Shown piece by piece: positions 12,001 to 16,156 of a DNA stretch of 44,915 bases; the first letter of the stretch is position 1; the number at the start of each line of letters is the position of its first letter. A program made the translations under genes and the position numbers. Source of the DNA: Candidatus Aenigmatarchaeota archaeon (GTDB lineage Archaea > Aenigmatarchaeota > Aenigmatarchaeia > PWEA01 > JAGHBM01); assembly GCA_021162085.1 (NCBI GenBank), contig JAGGZI010000034.1, positions 1 through 44,915 on the forward strand, given 5' to 3'. Under the pieces are notes generated by a model. It worked only from the letters and a program-made list of their open reading frames with translations. It made no database searches and was not told the DNA's origin.

Positions 12001-13239
12001 TTCAAAGTTTACATAGAACCCGTACCACTAAAGGTCCTTAGAAAGATATTCACATATTGGGTAACGTGGGTTATAGTATTCATAGTTATTCCAATCCTGT
12101 ACTATGGACTGAAGTTCTACAGGAAATTCATAGTAGAAAGAAGGAAGAAGGCGAGATATATATTCCCAGTCTCATACAAGGAACTGCCACAACCAGGACC
12201 AAGAGCAATAGAGCTTGGACTAATTGCAGACACCAACAAGAAGGCATACTTCAACATGGATGACCTGACAACTCACGTGCTAACAGCAGGTGCAACCGGT
12301 TCTGGTAAGTCAGTCTCTGCTATGGTTATGGTAGAGGAAGTCATGAAGAAGAAGATACCTGTAATAGTCTTCGACCCAACTGCACAATGGACAGGATTCC
12401 TAAGGCCATGTAAAGATAAGAAAATGCTGTCGTTCTACAGTAAGTTCGGAATGAAAACGGAAGATGCCAGACCATTTAGAGGTATGATATTCGAGGTCAC
12501 AGATCCTAACGTGAAGATAGACATGAGAGATTGGTTAAAGCCAGGTGAGATAACAGTATTCACCCTAAATAAACTTACAACAGGACAGTTCGACAAAGCA
12601 GTGAGAAACATAATAGGATCCGTGTTCGCACAGACATGGGAAGAAAGTCCAGGACTACGTGTTGTTGTTGTATTCGACGAGGTACATAGACTACTTGAGA
12701 AATATGGTGGTAAGGGTGGTTACGTATCTCTAGAAAAGGCATGTAGAGAATTCAGAAAGTGGGGTATAGGGCTTATAATGATATCACAGGTGTTGTCCGA
12801 CTTCAAAGAGGCAGTTAAGGGTAACATATTAACAGAGGTTCAGATGCACACAAAAGGTGGAGAGGACATAGAGAGAATAACCAAGAAGTATGGCCCAGAA
12901 TACGCAAGGAGAATAGCTGGCGAGGAAGTTGGTGTTGGCCTAATACAGAACCCAGGATATAACAAGGGTAAGCCATGGTTCGTTAACTTCAGGCCATTGC
13001 TACACTCACCACATAAACTGTTTGAGGAAGAATTGGAGACTTACAAGAGACTTGGTAATGAAATATGGAGAATAAGAGAAATTGTGAAGAAGTTGAAGAA
13101 AAAGAAGGTCGACACGAGTGACATAGAATTTGACCTGAGACTTGCTGAGGATAAGCTGAAGGTTGGTTCGTTTAGGATGGTAGAAATTTACTTGGAGGGT
13201 CTAAGAAATATGGTGAAGAAATATGAAAAGAAGAAGTAA
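1..13239 (+). CDS. Giant cell-surface protein (5' end cut by window; at least 4,413 codons) with many Ig/CARDB-like repeats, a Cys-rich motif, Thr/Gly linker, one C-terminal TM helix and a cytoplasmic HerA/FtsK-type (DUF87-like) P-loop ATPase
   Basis: Frame 1 is open from nt 1 (HEGENWDESKAKWFKW precedes the Met at 49 with no stop), so the gene continues upstream. There are 15 N-x-S/T sequons in the first ~170 residues. Repeated modules are listed as separate features. The sequence CGNGVCEYDYGESSAVCPQDC is followed by TTTTIPPITGGGGGGGAGG, a hydrophobic helix (IFTYWVTWVIVFIVIPILYYGL), then Walker A GATGSGKS, Walker B VVVVFDEVH and a WGIGLIMISQVLSDF motif typical of HerA/DUF87 ATPases. Confidence 0.85.
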   Translation, partial: HEGENWDESKAKWFKWMVEDNEPTDTYNTIPVQGPNITESNVRIDYITGNGTTLYRNHDTSRLGVNVFDNENQSYPSGVNVSYWVTNDSIHYRLEMINETNGLGNASYYFSPNCSHLVGPQYWPQYWKAGVEDKCYIDKNVSNNFTYWLIGWLNGTIEGIRNQTLDRRTIFLNGTNVTINATVLDECSVGVESSYVNITLIHESSKEYRCSPVNDLGGGEYSCIFNTSENPDPMLARWYNISVLTNKTPWYVYNYSLRYIPETGSGPGAFFIETKPILSNPMVNTSAEDGDTGSTGGYSETFNFSVRVTDRDSDMVRAYLYIRRNGGGWEKLIGTNSSGGVGGVNYVSCTNCNNTVLWISKNNFDCPDIDKYEFKWNATDTDATPAGYSDESHIYTDETEPKNFTIEPDDVEVLHYYGNNRWIWRNGTQSIVLSTYVYDIDAGVNLTVGEARGKIWITNDSQTFREVATMDLSGTPGETGFFNYTFQPDCVYGYGPDHYDVGVQKWIVGTVENPSGTCYKLVNSTVFNVTLKSYLNETISLPNGKSYEKYEDNVPLNFFVFDECNNGLENITPTITLIHPTKTYTIYSSDITDLHNGTYNTTWDPDTNSANLGAYNVSIYSKFDNWYKDYYVPVTKLKPYAFRIQTRPKLYGESVDCSGDCSWGELWAFDVYCSDEDYDNLNVTLWKKKDSSSPWVAVDTKPCQSTSGELLSFSSHYFNCSDITPPGENSKWKFNTTDPWGFNETTSIHTDNILKDDVSIIPYSVSKTHVNREGNDNVTFGMLIKDTDRNQYVGENVSTAFYVTENSEWDTGHFNNTTSSSISYFTFFPDCNYNASWHWWKGGTYNDECYKDANFTPQNYESLSKFEILGQLKLNITHPNEGQYFIVWDVINYTLNVTDECNSNWGPIENASVGLWLQSPSGEWEHHTPNEINEIGNGYYSYLWNTSFHQGGWWNVKFEVNKTHYNPNTTTWISYTYLNNTPPEVYNFSVTPNKEGWGRTFTYEAFVNDTQLDNVTCKLYTSTNNKDTWVYQGEKTIYYGVGKCEINVSDFTCSDKGTDNYYKFEIYDGTNRFNTSDQYGPNITEDDASIEYVLGNDTTVDRFGDNTTLLIVRTKDLDRNNISVSDVNVTFWITNDGSNYLAQPIHQTNSSGYLNYYFNPNCDPLYDVGKQYWKAGVTDGCYVDINTSSNYTLTINGSLSNSIVEINYLAPPINVTKTEENVTVEGKVLDDCSVEQPGAKVNISLIHESGISYPCKPVKDLGSGYYRCEANTSDMKAKWYNVSMNSSKEYLGKTIHEEGDVFFLQTRPILTNYIPLNSPGGWGETFYYNVTVTDEDEDNVTLDLYVEKPGTAVWIFEDEVNLTSPVINKTVTLSAPAGTFECPQHLGNGEFKFEASDSRLLTRNVINNFTVERDDVRFEEGSGDGEFVWRNGTDSLLLSLLVIDNDRNLSTPGGLNSKFWVTLDGNSWDNGKNAQTNDSGYINYDFMNELPIGQQKCDYSLGVQNWRAWVNGTCYKPTYSKNYTLTIKSNLILNITIPDGEGYLRGDLVPIKGRVEDDCSKYPSGVEDATVTYELFIGGNKYTCSKTNNAGWSEGNGWYNCTWDSSARAKGYYDIRMNGSKIYYGPNSTRKDDAFFLGEAPTLSNPGVDHNVGGWGEEYVFSVIYSDPDYQDDNVSVWGSYDNVTWSLIDSKLVKGVDRTVNFYDRFTCENMSTTPLTGIRYFKFRVVDPFGYSDETTPQNISLVEDNVTVSVTSNTTSIVRRIGNQDALLQFRIYDSDLGVYPNQTSGRIWVTRDHNNYDVIYSCNSNNGYCGINHDPNCTTSVGVQKWIGGVVDSCYQSLNTSKTDLTVIGQLNTSVLNPVNGIIVNRDENVTLNATVSNDCNESINDSLVSWYNESWDLLAQGYNTTWTVPSSYGLGPRTVYVNATRQYYDLGANQSDIYVYGWSEVDNIVPSNGSDYIAGLSVNVRCHVSDVDTSNPIENYTVKFYKNGALVKTEIADSDGWATWSWSTATESPGWYNISCNISDDSELYYNTTVSERSTLILIRRPLLIDYINVNPSSIYRNDSYNPNEANISVRVQDALTGPAEGANVTFYNLTSYLDSCLSDSDGRCWVMYNAPDNTTPDIYTIYINATKSGTEPSETNQTTVKVMGVLYLNITSPVNGSDWGKSDIISLSASSHDENGNSLYPNVKWYNETSQVAEGVSTTLDLRTQDTGWRNITANATDNCYSYPGISCYAVGEDSVLILVKSLSKAVWISPPAHGPPYEELPVLKPFDAVCQVRDTTTESGIQNYPVKMWYTWSSAYIYIGKFFTNQSGYVSYEYTPQQKGTLKFKCNITDNVTLQYTADISEAEATFTIKDTIPPKIYYPLVEPNESIEANLNYTNISAVITDEIGVSSAWANIGMPNGSYVNVTMNRNSDVTVSKLIENVSESANSGFNYTENITEFGKMEFFNITIFNINDTTIYFNLTVNDVLIASNYSAPNGTNTTIDATVNISEFTLPDIQTINITITNSSGQISDAKYESYLKYKVISTKYVGQYIPPIGGLYNATVYAMDQPPENNVNSSFAGYFYVWGKTKGFVENVPTQTVASGISQVDNYKFNLTINFTNKGPATAWLVNLTVSDNPSGYVQYNDTYHECGNITVNKTCTWGLEVTVLEKTPPILITIYGNATWRNPDLTYNTTRNWTTVIVSDNPIIDIIENTMEGETPHGMTTDVGNITTWSKGNVPITDINIKTVGGNLGVDCPECVVNIFPNVQGILSAGENFTSDISLQVPAGQSPGYYWTKIRANSSNAGYDEALLNVSVPWNSSWTRTPETFGNILAPLNTDRNIGNITIDNIGNVKLSLSLYPTGDAAPFISISPPAFDLEKQVERNASLSFSIPGGATPGNYYGEVKIYADDENGNDATPPNMIVNFTLNVTDVPPTIENVSITPEVFEIYYGYTNISAVITDNFAVDSAWINVTRPDGSTFVDFMSKNGSLYTTSYNSTMDGIHSIRICANDTASLMSCTSSFNVTASGNTTVIALSSPSIVEISNITIYHGTNFTMNITANNTGYSRAKNVNVTITTPNNINSSKKLIEFGLLLKNSWSSNITNISVMKSTPPGDYLVNFTANWTNLDNSSGWSMSNATIRVLSNPVIDILNDTINMTAQSGNSDVENMTIMSIGNDEVDDMTISCISGEVCQNFTVEIEPSYISSLPSGNMTSVRINVTVPDNYPTGIYSGVVEVTSENTSDIVPIYVNVPLNLSWSQSPIEISRRVIKSKEGVFGDVNVKNTGNSPLRLDIIWYGNITPYLTKNATELNLNIGEEKTIEINYSSPDIYDEKTYTGYIVSRNTTVIPSEKSTSLNMTVYPYSVNIVSPTETNPTTNITYNYTIEAHVNVTYGLSYVISGLEWEVHIQNETNKVKANITNIQFSSVEKLWHINFTAPDLQDNHAYDLNITANYTDKNLVLSDVKHNSIVYVDTIPPYVTLYVPQKVALNYTVEIFSNGTDTGGIRNITGIVKYPDNSTEQFVFDFIKQVGNTYMYKLDFSNTSQMGVYEINVTACDLSGNCNSTNTTFGVYPMIYFSGHSVDIENPDKPSLGIEFSFYEPGTSTLLYNIQSDSIGYYNKTIDARSYDMDVDVWNDSLKLYDSPVLTNLNDPLLFGYISPTLIGKGAVRGMAIENVLNFSVAKLTFDYSGANDVTVSNLGIYACEDWDRYTGCDGNWTRLSSVISTNTSTISTTIQNKLERAYALAEYVCGNGVCEYDYGESSAVCPQDCVVTTTTIPPITGGGGGGGAGGAKIPEEFKPVPLEIKAPVIDVTIYPGERKVFSVEITNNKLNTVPVSVKAEGPVWSLLQFQKTNFDVLGKTTEVDEIAVAPPKDTQPGVYTGDIVINAGGIIHRIPATVAVEVLEEPLLDVKVKVLTDTVEPGEDLKYEVNVINMGPTAKIEDIVLNYTVRNLDTNKVILIDHETVAVENIKTLRRSVKIPEDAPQGSYVIEVKANYWYNRKFATSSASFKVYIEPVPLKVLRKIFTYWVTWVIVFIVIPILYYGLKFYRKFIVERRKKARYIFPVSYKELPQPGPRAIELGLIADTNKKAYFNMDDLTTHVLTAGATGSGKSVSAMVMVEEVMKKKIPVIVFDPTAQWTGFLRPCKDKKMLSFYSKFGMKTEDARPFRGMIFEVTDPNVKIDMRDWLKPGEITVFTLNKLTTGQFDKAVRNIIGSVFAQTWEESPGLRVVVVFDEVHRLLEKYGGKGGYVSLEKACREFRKWGIGLIMISQVLSDFKEAVKGNILTEVQMHTKGGEDIERITKKYGPEYARRIAGEEVGVGLIQNPGYNKGKPWFVNFRPLLHSPHKLFEEELETYKRLGNEIWRIREIVKKLKKKKVDTSDIEFDLRLAEDKLKVGSFRMVEIYLEGLRNMVKKYEKKK
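97..6200 (+). repeat. Six tandem ~1-kb (330-365 aa) protein super-repeats inside the giant CDS
   Basis: Unit starts are recognisable at nt 97 (GPNITESNVRIDY), 1198 (EPKNFTIEPDDVEV), 2245 (HTDNILKDDVSII), 3238 (GPNITEDDASIEY), 4219 (NNFTVERDDVRFEE) and 5215 (PQNISLVEDNVTVSV). Each unit repeats FW[VI]TNDG...NPNC...VG.Q.W.AGV...CY, then V.DDCS/DECS...Y.C..., then P.L.N...GGWGE.F.F.V.V.D.D.D.V. The end of the last unit is approximate. Confidence 0.75.
7084..10389 (+). repeat. Two ~550-aa higher-order modules (Ig-like PP-domain, CARDB-like domain, NP[IV]IDI domain); a partial third starts at 10390
   Basis: Module starts are DTIPPKIYYP (7084), TDVPPTIENV (~8767) and DTIPPYVTLY (10390). Internal matches include NISAVITDEIGVSSAWANIGMPNGS / NISAVITDNFAVDSAWINVTRPDGS, and SDNPIIDIIENT / LSNPVIDILNDT. 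Confidence 0.65.
12046..12111 (+). other. Predicted single transmembrane helix of the giant protein
   Basis: A 22-residue hydrophobic stretch (IFTYWVTWVIVFIVIPILYYGL) is followed by the basic cluster KFYRKFIVERRKKAR. By the positive-inside rule the downstream ATPase is cytoplasmic. Confidence 0.7.
12130..13236 (+). other. Cytoplasmic HerA/FtsK-class (DUF87-like) ATPase domain plus C-terminal coiled coil
   Basis: Walker A GATGSGKS lies at 12289-12312 and Walker B VVVVFDEVH at 12661-12687. The REFRKWGIGLIMISQVLSDFKEAVKGNILTEVQMHTKGGEDI block resembles the HerA/DUF87 sensor region. The K/E-rich tail is predicted helical. Confidence 0.7.
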
Positions 13240-13990
13240 TTTTTTGGTAGTTTTCATATTATCCATCTTTGTTTTAAGTAATTTTGCAAGTGCGGTGAGC
13301 ATTAACTATAAAAGTGCCATAATGGTGCTTCCATACTCGGAGAAAACTGTATATATTGAAATAACTGCTGACCAGATTGGAAATACGCTTCATGTTGATT
13401 GCGAATCTGACTTATCCATTGAATGCCCGGACAACATTACCATATCAAACGAAAGTGAAAAAATTCCAATTTACTTCAAAACTCAGGGAGCAGGTAATCA
13501 TAACATAACTGTGAAGATTGACGACAGCTTGGCAATTATAGATGTTAAGGTCACCAGCACCATAAAAACTTTGCTGGATATACTGAATAAATATAACAAA
13601 AGTATTTCATCAATGAAAGCAAGAGCTCCTAAGGAGTTTCTGCCAAGAATCAACAAGCTTGAGAGTGAAATAAATGAAGCTTACTCTTTGTATGAGAACG
13701 ATTCGTACAATGAAACAAATGAAAAAATAAGAGAAATCCAAGTTGATATAACCAAGTTATTGAATGATATAAAAGAGTCGGGAAAAAATAATGCGAATGC
13801 AGCACCCGTAGATGAAAAGGCATCGGGCTATCCCCTCTACATTATAGGTGGTGTTGTTGCCATGATTCTTTTGATTGGTGCCATGATTTTTGCATTCCGT
13901 CCAAAGAAAAAAAAGAAGATAGAATTCGGAAATGACTTGTCCACAATAAAACGTGGTATATCATCAAAAAAATCCAAGAAGAAGGAATAA
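13223..13990 (+). CDS. Signal-peptide protein with coiled-coil segment, C-terminal TM anchor and Lys-rich tail (function unknown)
   Basis: The ATG overlaps the giant gene stop by 17 nt, with GGTGA 9 nt upstream. The N-terminus is MKRRSNFLVVFILSIFVLSNFASA. The C-terminal helix YPLYIIGGVVAMILLIGAMIFAF is followed by RPKKKKK. Confidence 0.7.
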   Translation: MKRRSNFLVVFILSIFVLSNFASAVSINYKSAIMVLPYSEKTVYIEITADQIGNTLHVDCESDLSIECPDNITISNESEKIPIYFKTQGAGNHNITVKIDDSLAIIDVKVTSTIKTLLDILNKYNKSISSMKARAPKEFLPRINKLESEINEAYSLYENDSYNETNEKIREIQVDITKLLNDIKESGKNNANAAPVDEKASGYPLYIIGGVVAMILLIGAMIFAFRPKKKKKIEFGNDLSTIKRGISSKKSKKKE

Positions 13991-14031
13991 TCCTTGTTAA
14001 TTTTATAAACTAATATAGGTGTAAATTAAAT

Positions 14032-15444
14032 ATGCCAAAAGAAAAAACGATTGGCGAAGAACTTAAAGAAGAAGGCCTCATAGTTGAGCCAAAAAAAGAA
14101 GATGAAATAGAAATAACCAAAAAGTCGGAAGATCCTATCGTAAATTTAACAATGAGGGTTGACAGAATTGAAGGGAAACTCGAGGCCATAATGAGCAGAC
14201 TTGAAGCTTTTTCCCAGAGCATAACTGACGCCAACGACAAAATCGGTGACCTTAGAAGGCTTGTTATGGATAGAGAAAAAACGTCAACTGAACTAGAAGC
14301 AAACTTTGAAAAAGTAAAGATGATAGTGGAAGATTTGGATCCGGAAAGAATCACAAGAAGATTTGAAAAATTTGATGGTGAAATTCAAAAACAAGATGGA
14401 AAATTAGAAAAACTTGAAACTGAGATAAACAAATTTGGCGATAGACTTAAAAAAATAGAAGACAAATTCTCCAAGATAAAAAGCTTTGAAAATCTTGTAA
14501 ACATCACTGAAAACATAGAGAAAAAAATGAAAAGCATTAAGGAAAATAAAAGATATACTGATAAGTTAGCTGCAAAAGTTGAAGATATATTTTCTGAGAT
14601 TAAAAAGGAAGTTGCTAGAATTAAAAAGGATAGAGAAACCATAGCAAAAGTGGATGAACTAACAGAAAGGATGATAAAGGACCTTGATGCACTTAAGTTA
14701 AAGTTTGAGGAAGATACCCTTAGAAAAGATGACTTAGAATCCATAAAGAATGAAATAGAGGAAGAAGCAAAGGGCATAAATAGCGAAGACTTCCTCGCAC
14801 TCAAACGGAAGGTTGCACTACTTGAGCTCAGAACCATGACAAAGGAAGAGTTGATAGAAGAAAAGAAAAAGATATTGAGTCTTATGGATAGATTCAAGAA
14901 GGACTACGAGAATAATGAAATAAGTCCAGAGAGTTATGAGGAATTCAAAAAAGCGAGTGAAGAGAAGTTAAAGGAAATAAACTCAATATTCTATGAGAGA
15001 TGGGGAATTGAGGAACTTACAAATTTATTATCGTCAAAGGAAGAGAGTAAGAAAAAGAAGAGAAGAATTTTTAGGAGGAAGAAGAGAAAATCAAGTCCAG
15101 AAGAAACTGAAAAAATGTTGGAAAGGGCGCAAAGACTTCTTGGTAAAACGAAGATAGATGGTATAAAAAGTAAGGAAATTGAAAAATTAAAGGAGATGGG
15201 AATAATAACACTTGAAGATATAACCAGAGACAAGCTAAAGGAACTTAAAAAAATATTAAGTAAGAAATCGTTAAAGACAATTGTATTAAAGCTCATAGAA
15301 TCAAAAAATGTTGATATATTATCTGCCATGAATAAAAAAATACTCGAAGACTTGGATGAATCAAGAAAGAGTGGTTTAATATCTGATGAAATATATAATA
15401 AAAGTATTGAGAAGATAGCTGATGAGGTGGTAAAGCGTGTCTGA
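14032..15444 (+). CDS. 470-aa highly charged (K/E-rich) coiled-coil protein with possible helix-hairpin-helix segment and two SHOCT-like motifs
   Basis: AGGTG lies 11 nt upstream of the ATG. Heptad-like K/E/L composition runs throughout and no TM is present. Notable segments are a basic patch KKKKRRIFRRKKRK, an HhH-like stretch IDGIKSKEIEKLKEMGIITLEDI, and the motifs NNEISPESYEEFKK and SGLISDEIYNKSIEKI. Confidence 0.7.
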   Translation: MPKEKTIGEELKEEGLIVEPKKEDEIEITKKSEDPIVNLTMRVDRIEGKLEAIMSRLEAFSQSITDANDKIGDLRRLVMDREKTSTELEANFEKVKMIVEDLDPERITRRFEKFDGEIQKQDGKLEKLETEINKFGDRLKKIEDKFSKIKSFENLVNITENIEKKMKSIKENKRYTDKLAAKVEDIFSEIKKEVARIKKDRETIAKVDELTERMIKDLDALKLKFEEDTLRKDDLESIKNEIEEEAKGINSEDFLALKRKVALLELRTMTKEELIEEKKKILSLMDRFKKDYENNEISPESYEEFKKASEEKLKEINSIFYERWGIEELTNLLSSKEESKKKKRRIFRRKKRKSSPEETEKMLERAQRLLGKTKIDGIKSKEIEKLKEMGIITLEDITRDKLKELKKILSKKSLKTIVLKLIESKNVDILSAMNKKILEDLDESRKSGLISDEIYNKSIEKIADEVVKRV

Positions 15445-15820
15445 AGATGTTGTAAAGGATATTGTTGAAGATGTTGTTGAAGACCTCATTGTGGAAAACG
15501 TTAAGAAGGAATTTAATGATCTAAAGGATGAGTTCAACGAACTTAAGATAGAATTTAAAAAGATGAAAAATAGAGAAGATGAAATTGAGAAAACTATCGG
15601 AGAATTTAAGAAATCTCTAGATAAGCTAAAGAGGCTTATGGAAAGCCTAAGAGAGAAAACTATGAAGATTGAAAATGCCAGAGATGATTTATTGAGTATT
15701 GAGAATTCAAAAGATGAACTATTCATAAGAAGTGAAAATATTAAAAAGAGAATGAAAATAGTAGAAGAAAAACTATTTAAATTAGAAAAAATATTAAAAA
15801 AAGTAGGTGCAAGTAAATGA
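15437..15820 (+). CDS. 127-aa coiled-coil protein (GTG start)
   Basis: The GTG start overlaps the upstream stop (GTGTCTGA), with GAGGTGG 8 nt upstream. The sequence is helical and K/E-rich, and the next in-frame ATG is far downstream. Confidence 0.6.
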   Translation: MSEDVVKDIVEDVVEDLIVENVKKEFNDLKDEFNELKIEFKKMKNREDEIEKTIGEFKKSLDKLKRLMESLREKTMKIENARDDLLSIENSKDELFIRSENIKKRMKIVEEKLFKLEKILKKVGASK

Positions 15821-16152
15821 AGAAAGAAAACTTACAAAAAACCAAAGAGAGTATCTCAACAGATTCCGAAGCAGTTATAGAGGAAATTAAGAAAAGACTT
15901 AGAAAGTTGAAAGAGGAGAGACAAGAGCTTGAGGAGTCCTTACTCGGAAAAGAAGAAGATCTTAAGAACATGGAAGAGAAGCAGAAGGAACTTAGAAAAA
16001 AATTAGTGGAAATAGCAAAGGAAGAAGAGAGATTATCCAATGTAAAGAGCAAGATAAGAGATGCTATAAAGGAGATAGAGGAGAAGATAGAGAAGTTATC
16101 AGGGGTTTACTCAGAACTGGAAGACCTGTGGGGAGAAAAGGAAGAGGAATAA
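15817..16152 (+). CDS. 111-aa coiled-coil protein
   Basis: There is an ATGA start/stop overlap with the preceding gene and AGGTG ~9 nt upstream. The sequence is E/K-rich with heptad character. Confidence 0.6.
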   Translation: MKKENLQKTKESISTDSEAVIEEIKKRLRKLKEERQELEESLLGKEEDLKNMEEKQKELRKKLVEIAKEEERLSNVKSKIRDAIKEIEEKIEKLSGVYSELEDLWGEKEEE

Positions 16153-16156
16153 AACT

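Noticed and set aside
14010-16052. A run of long antisense ORFs (114, 170, 112, 116 and 91 aa) opposite the coiled-coil genes.
   Set aside because: The sense strand is GAA/AAG/AAA-rich, so the antisense strand is stop-poor TTC/CTT/TTT. This yields S/F/L-rich low-complexity frames. There are no SDs, and the sense genes have coupled starts.
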